Shown: one piece after another, positions 1-10,429 of the stretch
Layout: every line of letters starts with the position of its first letter
How positions within the stretch are numbered: the first letter of the stretch is position 1
Assembly: GCF_006345805.1 (NCBI RefSeq)
Contig: NW_021827581.1
Span: 1-27,699 of the forward strand
Length of the DNA stretch: 27,699 bases
Reading direction: 5' to 3'
Source: Octopus sinensis
Lineage: Eukaryota
Position numbers and translations under genes: made by a program
The notes under the pieces: generated by a model
What the model was told of the DNA's origin: nothing
Databases searched by the model: none
What the model saw: only the letters and a program-made list of their open reading frames with translations

Positions 1-73
1 CAGATCTCTTTAAAGCAGGAAGTCTATATCAGAACCACGGGTGGTCTTAGGCACGTTGATATCAAGAGGTTAA
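1..73. mobile_element. Probable right end of a TTAA-terminated (piggyBac-type) MITE, truncated by the window edge
   Basis: Ends ...GTTGATATCAAGAGG-TTAA, resembling the ...GTTGGTAACGAAAGGG-TTAA end of the MITE at 18781-19304. The other end is not visible. Confidence 0.4.
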
Positions 74-237
74 AAAGAGGAGGTTTCTATCGTAGAAGCA
101 AGGCCACACTCTGGTGTATTGGCACTTCTTTTTTATCTCATCTTCTTTGCCCACTTAATCCCTTCCAGGATTAAATGGGTGATTCTTTCCTAGGACATTC
201 TTACCACATATCCATAGTATCAGAGCAGTGATCTCTC

Positions 238-468
238 ATCGTCATCATCGTCAACATCATCATCATTTAACATCCGTTATCTGTACTAGCATGGGTTGAC
301 GGTTCGGCCGGGGTCTGGGAAGCCAGGAGGCTGCACCGGGCTCCAATCTTGATCTGGCAGAGTTTCTACAGCTGGATGCCCCTCCTAACGCCAACCACTC
401 CGTGAGTGTAGTGGGTGCTTTTTACGTTCCAGGGGAGGCTGGCAGCGGCCACGATCAGTTGGTGCTGG
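238..468 (-). mobile_element. RTE-associated 3'-tail repeat (truncated LINE 3' end or SINE)
   Basis: (CAT)n tail, TTTAACATCCG, GCATGGGTTG and CAGCTGGATGCCC.TCCTAACGCCAACCAC are shared with the 3' UTR of the RTE copy at 7393-8482. Confidence 0.85.
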
Positions 469-577
469 TTGTCGTTTAATATTGTCACTATTATGCAGTT
501 ACCATGGAGATTAAATATCTCTTGTGGTCGACAGGTGTGAAAACACCCTGTTCGTTCAGTGTCACCATCTATTAGGA

Positions 578-624
578 ATCCAAGACATCAATGTTTCGAG
601 TTTATTGACCCTTATCAATGAGAT
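578..624 (-). ncRNA. Candidate minimal type I hammerhead ribozyme (U3-A8 core variant), possibly a Penelope-like remnant
   Basis: Minus strand reads ATCTCA-TTGATAA-GGGT-CAATAA-ACTC-GAAA-CATTGATGTC-TTGGAT: stem II of 4 bp, GAAA, a short stem III, a GUC site, and stem I with 5 of 6 pairs. Confidence 0.4.
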
Positions 625-897
625 GTACCTAAGGGAGACAACTATAGACAAACTTAATAAAGCCTGTAGTTTTATATAAATAACACACTGCTTAGTGCTG
701 ACACTTAGTGCTGATCTACTAGTACAAATCAATCACATTTTGACCGAATCTATACATAAAAATATGACATGGGCGAGTCTTTCTTGTCTTGGGACTCACG
801 GTCAAACGGCTGGGTGGAATTGCGTGGAAAATTACACAGTTGTGTAGAATGATCCGGTGGTGTTGCTGGGCTTTGTATATTTTTCCTAGCTCCCATG

Positions 898-1060
898 ACG
901 TTCCCGTTACTTAGCAGTTCAGCAAAAGAGACCAATAGAATAAGTACTAAGCTTACAAAAAAATAAGTCCTGGGGTCTATTTCTTCCATTACAAAACCCT
1001 TTAAAGAAAGTACTCCAGCATGGCCACAGTCAAATCACTGAAACAAGTAAAAGAATAGAA
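898..1060 (+). mobile_element. 3' fragment of CORE-type tRNA SINE (OR2-like)
   Basis: Matches the 3' half of the full copies (CTTAGC.GTTC.GCAAAAGAGACC...CCAGCATGGCC.CAGTCAAAT..CTGAAACAAGTAAAAGA). Confidence 0.85.
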
Positions 1061-1289
1061 TAGGTATGATGGTCACTTGTGGATTGCCCTTGATCACCAC
1101 TCTGCAGGACCCAAAGTGACCTGGGGTTAAACAATGAACTGGAAATTGAATTAAATGTTACTGATAAGGTCTACATTTCTGCATTTCCTCTCCTCCCAGT
1201 ACATTGGCACTCCGCTTCCTCTCACCTCTCTTCTGTCCACACTCCACCCTCTCATCTCCGCTTGTCTCTGCCAGCTCTAATATCACTTT

Positions 1290-1545
1290 CAAGTACCACC
1301 ACCATTGCTATAACCATCACCACCACCACCACCATCACCACTACAACAACAATGACAACAATGACCATCCCCCACAATCACCCCATCACTACCATCGTCA
1401 CCACCACCACCACCACCAATATCATCTCCAGCACCACCACTGCCGCTACCACCACCTCCATCACGACAACCGCTGCAGGCCATAACTTCTACCACTATAA
1501 CCACCGCCACCGCCACTATCATCACCACCACCACCACCACCCACT
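1290..1545. repeat. Imperfect (CAC/CAT)n microsatellite
   Basis: Seen directly; explains the poly-H/T/G ORFs. Confidence 0.9.
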
Positions 1546-1687
1546 ACTTCCTGTGTTTTCCCTTATCTAATTCAAATAGATGCCGTAATGAGGTGACCTC
1601 CACCACATGTTTCAACACCACCACCACCACCACCACCACCACCACAGATACTGTCACTCAATCTGCTAGAAACAACAGCCAGATTTC

Positions 1688-2235
1688 ATCATCATCATCA
1701 TCATCATCATAATTTAATGCCCATTGTCCATGCTGGCATGGGTTGGACAGTTTGACTGAAAACTTGTTTAGCTGGGGTGGGTTGGACCAGGTTCCACTCT
1801 CATTTGGCATGGCTTTCTAAAGCTGGATGATGCCCTTCCTAATGCCAACTCCTCCAAGAGTGCAATGGGTGCTCTTATGTGTGCCACTGGAATGAGTGCC
1901 ATTTGCGTGACACCGTTATCTGCCACAACTGCAATTTTGCTCGGTTTGATGGGTCTTCTTCTCAAGCAGGACCTTATGCCAAAGGTTTCGGTCATTGCCT
2001 CAGTGAGGACCCACACTCAAAAGGAGCTCAACCACTTTGCCTCCATGAAGCACAACGCTGAAAAGGGGCTTTTTATGTGCCACTGGCATGGGAGCCAGTT
2101 ACGTGGCACCAGTACCAGCCACAACTACGATTTCACTTGGCTTGACGAGTCTTGTCAAAGGTCTCGGTCACTAGGTCTCGGTCACAGCATATTGTCAAAG
2201 GTCTCGGTCACTAATCATTGCCTCTGTGACGGCTA
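1688..2235 (-). mobile_element. RTE-associated 3'-tail repeat, diverged copy
   Basis: (CAT)n tail, CATGCTGGCATGGGTTGGAC, TGCCCTTCCTAATGCCAAC and repeated GGTGCT..TATGTGCCAC modules. Confidence 0.75.
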
Positions 2236-2324
2236 AAGTTCAAAGATCATTTTCATCAAACCAATCTTGGTTTTTATGGCATTTAAACCCAAACGTGTAT
2301 GTCTGTGTGTGTGTGTGTGTGTAT

Positions 2325-2540
2325 ACTCTTACTCTTTTACTCTTTTACTTGTTTCAGTCATTTGACTGCGGCCATGCTGGAGCACCGCCTTTAGTCGAGC
2401 AACTCGACCCCAGGACTTATTCTTTGTAAGCCCAGTACTTATTCTATCGGTCTCTTTTGCCGAACCGCTAAGTGACGGGGACGTAAACACACCAGCATCG
2501 GTTGTCAAGCAATGCTAGGGGGACAAACACTGACACACAA

Positions 2541-2599
<59 letters not shown>

Positions 2600-2754
2600 C
2601 ATATATACGACAGGCTTCTTTCAGTTTCCGTCTACCAAATCCACTCACAAGACTATAGCAGAAGACACTTGCCCAAGGTGTCACGCAGTGGGACTGAACC
2701 CGGAACCATGTGGTTGGTTAGCAAGCTACTTACCACACAGCCACTCCTGCGCCT

Positions 2755-2755
<1 letters not shown>
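2325..2755 (-). mobile_element. Full-length CORE-type tRNA SINE (OR2-like)
   Basis: On the minus strand: GGCGCAGGAG head, A-box TGGCTGTGTGG, B-box GGTTCAGTCCC, ACCTTGGGCAAGTG CORE-like motif, internal (TA)n and an AGTAAAAG tail. Confidence 0.92.
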
Positions 2756-2955
<200 letters not shown>

Positions 2956-2974
2956 TTGCTTAGAAACAAATGTT

Positions 2975-3105
2975 ATCGTTTGTGTTATGTCCTGTCATTT
3001 TCTGAGACTTAGCAGTTCAACAAATAGAGCTCAATAAAGTAAGTGCCACACTTAAATATAAGAAACTCAGCCCTTGAAGCCGGTGCTCCAGCATGGCCAC
3101 GGCCT
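2975..3105 (+). mobile_element. Degenerate 3' fragment of OR2-like SINE
   Basis: CTTAGCAGTTC...AATAAAGTAAGT...GGTGCTCCAGCATGGCCAC. Confidence 0.65.
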
Positions 3106-3240
3106 AGCGACTAAAATACCACAAGAAAGAGGATATCTGCTGTGTTAATTGCACAGATTAAAACAGTTAATCCCTCTGTTCGCGTCTGTTGTGTTGCCAT
3201 TCTGTTTATTTCGGGATTAAAAGTTAATCCTGCTATCATC

Positions 3241-3710
3241 GGTGGTGGGGGTGGGGGTTGTGGCGGCGGTGGTGGTGGTGGTGGTGTATTGGTGGTGGTT
3301 GGTGGTGGTGGTTGGTGGTGGTGGTGGTGTGGTGGTGGTGGTTGGGGTGGTGGTGGTGGTGTTGGCGGCGGTGGTGGTGGTGATTGGTGGTGGTTGTTGT
3401 GGGGTGGTGGTGTGGTGGTGGGGTGGTGGTTGTGGTGGTTGTGGGGGGTGGTTGTGGTGGTTGTGGTGGTGGTGGTGGTGGTGGTGGTGGTGGGTGGTGG
3501 TCGGTGTGGTGGTGGTGGTTGTGTGGTGGTGGTTGTGGTGGTGGTGGTGGCGGCGGTGGTGGTGGTGATGGTGGTGGTTGTTGTGGTGGTGGTGGTGGTG
3601 GTGGTGGTGGTGGTGGTGGTGGTGGTGGTGGTGTGTGGTGGTGGTTGTGGTGGTTGTGGTGGTGGTCGTGGTGGTGGTCGTGGTGGTGGTGGCAGTGGCA
3701 GAGGTGATGG
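3241..3710. repeat. (GGT)n microsatellite
   Basis: Seen directly; source of the poly-G/V/W/P/T/H ORFs. Confidence 0.95.
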
Positions 3711-3733
3711 TGCAATTTCTATTATCCTTGCCA

Positions 3734-4197
3734 TTTAACCTCAGGTCAGCACTGATCCTGTAGACCTATAATCAAAGATGCTCCAATCATGACCATCCCA
3801 TCTTTTATCCAGACGTAGTGTATCTAGGACTACATTATCTAATGTGTCCTTGTTTGTTGTAGTTATTGTTTAGCCCCAGGTCAGTCCTGATCCTGTAGAC
3901 CTATAATCAAAGATGCTCCAACCATGACCATCCCATCTTTTATCCAGACATAGTGTATCTAGGACTACATTATCTAATGTGTCCTTGTTTGTTGTAGTTA
4001 TTGTTTAGCCCCAGGTCAGTCCTGATCCTGTAGACCTATAATCAAAGATGTTCCAACCATGACCATCCCATCTTTTATTCATTCAGGCATAGTGTATCTA
4101 GGATTACATTATCTAATATGTCATTTTTTATTCATATTTAGCCACAGGTCAGTCGTAATCCAACACACCTATGATCAAAGTGATTCCAACCATGACA
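3734..4197. repeat. Tandem array of a ~135-bp unit (about 3.4 copies)
   Basis: Units start TTTA(A/G)CC at 3734, 3869, 4004 and 4137. Same family as 12778-13213. Confidence 0.92.
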
Positions 4198-4540
4198 CTC
4201 ACTCACTGCTTTCCCTACTGCAATCTATGCAATCCACATCTATTCCATGCCTGTTTTCCTGTAAAAGGTTGTGGTGCAATTCGGTGGTTGTTTGGCTGCT
4301 ATTTCTAACGGGTCGAGTACCTACATATCAGCTTCCTCACTGAAAGGCGCCGTGCATTGGGGGGTGGGGTCAAGTACCTGTGCATGTCAAGTGCAGTTTT
4401 ATTAACCGCTGCACACTTTACTCACAACGTGGTCAATGGGTCATGTCAGCCACTGCTCCTCCATTTCCTACATGATGCAGCATGAGTCAATGAAGGAAGC
4501 CACATGTGGTTGCTTGACATGCTTGAAATAGAAGCTAGAA

Positions 4541-4893
4541 CAGGCATGGAATAGATGTTATTGTGAGCGGATTGCATAGATTGCAGTAGGGAAAGCAGTG
4601 AGTGAGCGTCATGGTTGGAATCACTTTGATCATAGATGTGTTGGATTACGACTGACCTGTGGCTAAATATGAATAAAAAACGACATATTAGATAATGTAA
4701 TCCTAGATACACTATGCCTGAATGAATAAAAGATGGGATGGTCATGGTTGGAACATCTTTGATTATAGGTCTACAGGATCAGGACTGACCTGGGGTTAAA
4801 CAATAACTGCAACAAACAAGGACACAATAGATAATGTAGTCCTAGATATACTATGTCTGAACGAATAAAAGATGGGATGGTCATGGTTGGAAC
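4541..4893 (-). repeat. Right arm of a long inverted repeat (left arm about 3917-4253)
   Basis: Its reverse complement matches the left arm; ORFs 4059..4343(+) and 4446..4745(-) share a near-identical N-terminal translation. Confidence 0.92.
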
Positions 4894-5189
4894 AAGCTAT
4901 GTATTCAAACCACAAGGGTAAGCCCTAACAGTTGCCACCATCTATATCTCTCCCTTTATATTCTGATCCCTGTCCCTTGTTAGTATGCCTGGCATTTTGC
5001 CACCATCTCCATCCTGCTGTCTCCCACTCTCTCTCCTTCTCCTGCACTGGCATCGGCCATGACAATGATTTCCCTTGATTCAGCAGGTTTCTCAAACACA
5101 GCATATTGCCCGACAATTGAAGGGTACTCTTAAATGGACCGGTTATACGACACTTGCCATAGGCCACAGCTACAATCTCACTCGGCTTG

Positions 5190-5325
5190 CCAAATGAGGT
5201 TTATTTTTCAGCATAGTCCCCCTTGCAGTCCACACACTTTTTCCATCGATGTTGCAGTGCCTGGATCCCATTGGGGAATAAGCCTCCATCCTGATGGTCA
5301 AAAAAGTCATCAACAGCAGATATGA
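5190..5325 (-). mobile_element. Mariner transposase C-terminal fragment (copy 1)
   Basis: Minus strand reads GIQALQHRWKKCVDCKGDYAEK*, the typical mariner C-terminus. Confidence 0.8.
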
Positions 5326-5374
5326 TGGTCAGCTGGAAAGTCCATAGGCTGACCTAGATACTGTCGTGGAATCT

Positions 5375-5598
5375 GACCAAATGAGGTTTCTTTTCCAACA
5401 TAGTCCCCCCTCTTGCGGTCCACACACTTCTTCCATCTTGCAGCGCTTGGATCTTATTGGTGAAGAAGCTTTCACCTTATTGCTCAAAAATGGCATCAAA
5501 CAACAGACATGATGTCAACATCTCTGTGAGACTGGTTCCCAGCCAAGTGATTTTTCCTGTTGGAGGACAGATAATAGATGATAGTTTGATGGTGCTAC
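5375..5598 (-). mobile_element. Mariner transposase C-terminal fragment (copy 2, frameshifted)
   Basis: APSNYHL (cf. mariner LAPSDYHLF) followed by KNHLAGNQ...SFFTNKIQALQ...WKKCVDRK..GDYV. Confidence 0.8.
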
Positions 5599-5599
5599 T

Positions 5600-5896
5600 T
5601 TTATTAACCGCTCCAGAACCCTACTTTGGTCCTGGGAGCAGCTCTTCTTAATATGGCCCAGTTCCAGGCACAGGTGACACTTGGTGGGGATGCGTCCCTC
5701 GAGAATCACCGGATACCTAGAACTGGTCATTTTAAGAAAATCTGGAAACACCAGATTCTTGGCTGATTGGGTCCACAGGGTCAAAACTGCTTTTGACCCC
5801 ACCCAATCAGCCACAACCAAAAGTTTGACGTTGAGGAGCTTGGCTCGGCTGCCACCCAGACCCCGGCGAATAGTGTCTTCTATCCACTCGGGTTCT
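5600..5896 (-). pseudogene. Non-LTR retrotransposon ORF1 fragment (L1/Tx1-like) with CCHC zinc knuckle
   Basis: PVILEGRIPTK-CHLCLELGHIKKSC matches C-X2-C-X4-H-X4-C at 5638-5679. Interrupted upstream by a SINE with a TSD. Confidence 0.7.
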
Positions 5897-5908
5897 ATTA
5901 CAAGTGAG

Positions 5909-6128
5909 TGGAGGCACAATGGCCCAGTGGTTAGGGCAGCGGACTCGCGGTCATAGGATCGCAGTTTTGATTCCCAGACCGGGCGTTGTGAGTGTTTATT
6001 GAGCGAAAACACATAAAGCTCCACGAGTCTCCGGCAGGGGATGGTGGTGATCCCTGCTGTACTCTTTCACCACAACTTTCTCTCAGATCAACCGGAACCC
6101 TCGTCATCGTAACCAACGGAGTGTTTCC
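5909..6128 (+). mobile_element. tRNA-derived SINE family 2 (OR1-like), internally deleted, with 12-bp TSD
   Basis: A-box TGGCCCAGTGG. TSD ATTACAAGTGAG at 5897-5908 and 6129-6140. Lacks the middle segment present at 19854-20242. Confidence 0.9.
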
Positions 6129-6159
6129 ATTACAAGTGAGGGCAGCAACATCACACACT

Positions 6160-6539
6160 TTCGTTCACCAAATTCTACATATTAGAGGAGGTTTCAGCCA
6201 GCTTAATTTAATTCGTCCTTAGTCGAAAGACACCTGTTGTGGATGTCCCCTTATTTGCATTTGTATTTGTGTACCATTTCTCTGTTTTTTCTCTGTCCTT
6301 GTTTTCGTATACATTCGCTGCTTTCTTCCAAGGAACCTAATGCTCTTAGCTTAGTTTTTCATTGGGGCTGGCCAGATTGGAGCAACCTCGAGTATAACCA
6401 GCTGAAATCGCAAAGATAATCTGGAACTCAACTGAGGAAAGAAACCTTCGAATGACCCGTCCTTGTTTTTAATTGTCCCTTTTTTTGTATCTTCTAACTG
6501 TCTGGATGTTTTGTGTTCTTGTCCCATTTTATGTATATG
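6160..6539 (+). mobile_element. Unclassified dispersed repeat, probable retroelement 3' region
   Basis: 6365-6539 is homologous to 15791-15952 (GGGCTGGCC.GATTGGAGC...TTCGAATG.CCCGTCC...GTTCTTGTCCCA); it ends in a TA/GATA array. Confidence 0.6.
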
Positions 6540-6561
6540 ATATATATATATATATATATTT

Positions 6562-6608
<47 letters not shown>

Positions 6609-6780
6609 TATAGATATATATATCTATCTATATGCATATCTATGTATACATCAGATATATATGTATATGAATATGTATCTATATATGTATATGTATATAT
6701 ATATTTATCTATATATGTATGCATGTATACGTATATATATGTGTATATATATATCTATGTATATGCGCGTATAAATATAG
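6535..6780. repeat. (TA)n/(GATA)n compound microsatellite
   Basis: Seen directly. Confidence 0.95.
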
Positions 6781-7146
6781 TTGTAGAAAGCTAGGTACAG
6801 GTGAGTAGACATGAGAGAATTCAGGAATGTCTACAGGTGGATAGGATTACAATGTCAGCACAACCTCTAAATGGGCTGCGTGTCAGACAGACGCACAGAC
6901 AGCCAGACAGGCGAACAGACAGGCTGACAGACAGACAGGCAGACAGACAGACAGACATACTGCCTTTTATCGATATCATTCTCAGACAGAACAGAATCAC
7001 TTGAAGGTGATATTCATGCGTGTGTGTGTGTGTATAGATATATATATATATACATATATACATATAGGTATACATGTATATGTGTGTATATAGACATACA
7101 CAATCACACACCCATATACACGCGTGCACACACACACACATCAGGT

Positions 7147-7312
7147 ACAGAGATGGCTGTGTGGTAAGAAGTTTGCTTCCCATCAACATGGTTCCAGGTT
7201 CAGTCCCACTGTGTGGCACCTTGGGCAAATGTCTTCATATCTTCTACTATAGCCACAGGCCGACCAAAGCCATGTGAGTGGATTTGGTAGACGGAAACTG
7301 AAAGAACCCCTT
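7147..7312 (+). mobile_element. 5' half (tRNA head + CORE) of OR2-like SINE
   Basis: TGGCTGTGTGG...GGTTCAGTCCC...ACCTTGGGCAA...GGAAACTGAAAGAA, ending at (TA)n. Confidence 0.88.
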
Positions 7313-7392
7313 CATATATATATACATGCATATATATATAATATATATATATATATATAATATATATATATATCCATATACATATATATATA

Positions 7393-8482
7393 TCATCATC
7401 ATCATCATTTAACATCCACTTTCCGTGCTAGCATGGGTTGGATGATTTGACTGAGGACTGGCAAACCAGGAGGCTGCACCAGGCTCCAATCTGATCTGGC
7501 AGAGTTTCTACAGCTGGATGCCCTTCCTAATGTCAACCACTCCGAGAGTGTAGTAGGTGCTTTTACGTGCCACCAGCACGAGGGCCAGTCAGGCGGTACT
7601 GGCAACTCCCACACTCAAATGGTGCTTTTTATGTGCCACCTGCACAGGAGCCAATCCAGCACCACTGGCAATGAACTCCCTCGAATGTTTTTTCACGTGC
7701 CACCAGCACAAGTGCCAGTAACACGACGCTGGTAATGATCACACTCGAATAGTATTTTTAACGTGCCATCGGCTCAGAGGCCAGCTTGTTGCTCTGGCAA
7801 CGATCTCACTCGTATGGTTCTCTTAGCGCTCCACTAGCACGGATGCCAGTCATCGAATTTGATTTTGACTTCGATTTCACTTGCCTCAACAGGTCTTCGC
7901 AAGTAGAGTTTAGTGTCCAATGAAGGAAAGGTATGCATAAGTGGACTGGTTACACCCCTGGCATAGGCCACATGGTCTCACTTGCACTTGCCAAGTCTTC
8001 TGAAGCCAAGCATATTTCCAAACGTCCTGGTCACTAGTCATTGCCTCATTGAAGCCCAATGTTCGAAGGTCATGCTTCACCACCTCGTCCCAGGTTTTTC
8101 TGGGTCTGCCTCTTCCACAGGTTCCCTCAACCGCTAGGGTGTGGCACTTTTTCACACAGCTATCTTCATCCATTCTCGCCACATTAACGTACCAGTGCAA
8201 ACGCCTCTCTTGCACACCACAACTGATGCTTCTTAGGTACATTTCTCACAAGGTACTAACGCTCTGTCGAGTATGCACACTGACATTACACATCCATCGG
8301 AGCATACTGGCTTCATTTCTAGCGAGCTTACGCATGTCCTCAGCAGTCACGGCCCATGTTTCACTGCCATGTAGCATGGCTGTTCGTACACATGCACCAT
8401 ACAGTCTACCTTTTACTCTGAGCGAGAGGCCCTTTGTCACCAGCAGAGGTAAGAGCTCTCTGAACTTAGCCTAGGCTATTCT
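7393..8482 (-). mobile_element. 5'-truncated RTE-clade LINE (RT C-terminus + 3' UTR), inactive
   Basis: Translates as AKFRELLPLL..GLSLRVKGRLY.ACVRTAMLHGSETW...RRLHWY..V.RM...GRGRPRKTWDEVVKHDL with in-frame stops. Modular 3' UTR and (ATG)n tail. Confidence 0.92.
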
Positions 8483-8705
8483 TCTTCTTCTTCTTCTTTT
8501 CTTCTTCTTCTTCTTATTATTATTATTATTATTATTATATTATTATTATTATTATCTTTTTTTCTTCTTCTTTCAAATTTGCTTCCATTTCTTGCCGAGT
8601 GTCTTACCGACTCCTAGGGCAAAGAAACTCATAGTATACATTGGTAGGCCATTAAACTAAACTCACTAGTTCGTTCATTTTTTTTTTTAAAGTTAAATTA
8701 AAATA

Positions 8706-8744
<39 letters not shown>

Positions 8745-8806
8745 CATTATTATTGTTATTATTATTATTATTATTATTATCATTATTATTGTTATTATTA
8801 TTATTA
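8480..8806. repeat. (CTT)n(TTA)n microsatellite interrupted by a ~150-bp insert
   Basis: (TTA)n lies on both sides of 8556-8706. Confidence 0.9.
8556..8706 (-). mobile_element. Possible 3' end of a (TAA)n-targeting non-LTR element (R4/Dong-like, inferred)
   Basis: Complex sequence embedded in (TAA)n with an A-rich end on the minus strand. No ORF is available to confirm the clade. Confidence 0.4.
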
Positions 8807-9364
8807 CCTCTGCCTTTGAAACTATTTTGAATGGTGACTTTGTTAACTTTGGCTTATGTTAGATAAGGATAAACTATTTATTGCTGTTGCTGAATTTTCT
8901 AAAGCCACCTTCACATTCCATGACCACCACTGGAATCGATCTGGAACCAGACAAGGGTTCTGGCTAATATCATTATTATAGTATCAGTATTCTATGTGAG
9001 CTGTGGTGTGATATCAGCGAGATTCGACTGATATTTTTAGTGAATCAGGCAACCATATACAGGCTTCCTCGTTGGCACCTGTGCCTGCATGCAACGATGT
9101 ATGCAGGTACACGCGTATGCAGTTGCGTACGGACATATAAAGTATGTGTGTCGGTGTAGTACACGTAACTTCACATTTCCATCTCATTTAGATTTCACAC
9201 CACCTCCACCGCCATCTCTACCGCCTCCACCACCACCACCGCTGCTGCCATCTGGCTTCCAAATCTGGCACGGCTTAATCTGCCGCGTGCCTCGACATAC
9301 CAGACTGTCTGCTGGTAGAAAATAGGAACCAGGGGTCGATGTTCGAGGTTGCTCTTCCCCCCCC

Positions 9365-9473
9365 CGTACACACACACACCTTCCCTCTCTAAATATATAC
9401 ATACATGTGTGTGTGTGTGAGTGTGTAATATATCTCTATCTATATCTATATATATATATGTATATAGATTTAT

Positions 9474-9519
<46 letters not shown>

Positions 9520-9546
9520 CAATTACACATATACATGTATATATAT

Positions 9547-9578
<32 letters not shown>

Positions 9579-9835
9579 CATATATACATATATATGTATA
9601 TATGTGTGTGTATGTATATATATTTCTATATAACTATATCTATATCTATCTATATATACATATATATATATATATAATATATATATATCTATATATATAT
9701 ATATATAATATATATATATGTGTGTGTGTATGTATATATGTACACAAGTATCTACATACATGCATATGTACATATATATACATACACACACATATATATG
9801 CATTTATATATATGTATGATGTCCTTCTCTCTCTC

Positions 9836-9889
<54 letters not shown>

Positions 9890-10040
9890 ATGATGTATAT
9901 AAATATATATATATGTATGTATATATGTACACAAGCATCTACATGCATATGTATATATATATATATAAACATGGATATATATACTAACACATACACATGT
10001 ACATGTACATATGCACACACACACACACACACACACACGT
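9365..10040. repeat. (TA)n/(CA)n/(TG)n compound microsatellite
   Basis: Seen directly. Confidence 0.95.
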
Positions 10041-10429
10041 TATAACTAAGTAGTTAGTTAGGTAGATATGCATTTATAGTTTTTTTTTTATATTTTGTGT
10101 TACAAAAATACAAAAGTACTTCATACAGTTTTGTGTAGGAAGAAATCTGCAAAGTGTAATATATGTTAATTTATGCGTGAGATAAGCAGCTGTGTGTACC
10201 AGGAGCCCTGGTCCTGGGTTTCATTTAATTGGTCGACCATGCACTTTTAGAATGTTAGAATATAATAAGATGATTCCATGTGGGGTAAATTACTTGTTGC
10301 CATTTGTCATGCATGAGAATGCTGCTGTGGGTGGGCTTCCATAGAAATGTTCTAGGAAGGATTTAAGCATGTGTCGGTGAGGTCTACCTTATCTAACATC
10401 TGTGTTTCCTCTATCACTGCCCATGTGAA

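Noticed and set aside
3111-3763. Pro/Thr/His/Gly-rich ORFs (also at 1204-1570, 11723-12305, 20647-21360 and 23308-24448)
   Set aside because: Microsatellite translations that are open in several frames on both strands.
5515-6024. 169-aa ORF as a real gene
   Set aside because: Chance in-frame chimera of antisense SINE, ORF1 zinc-knuckle fragment and mariner fragment.
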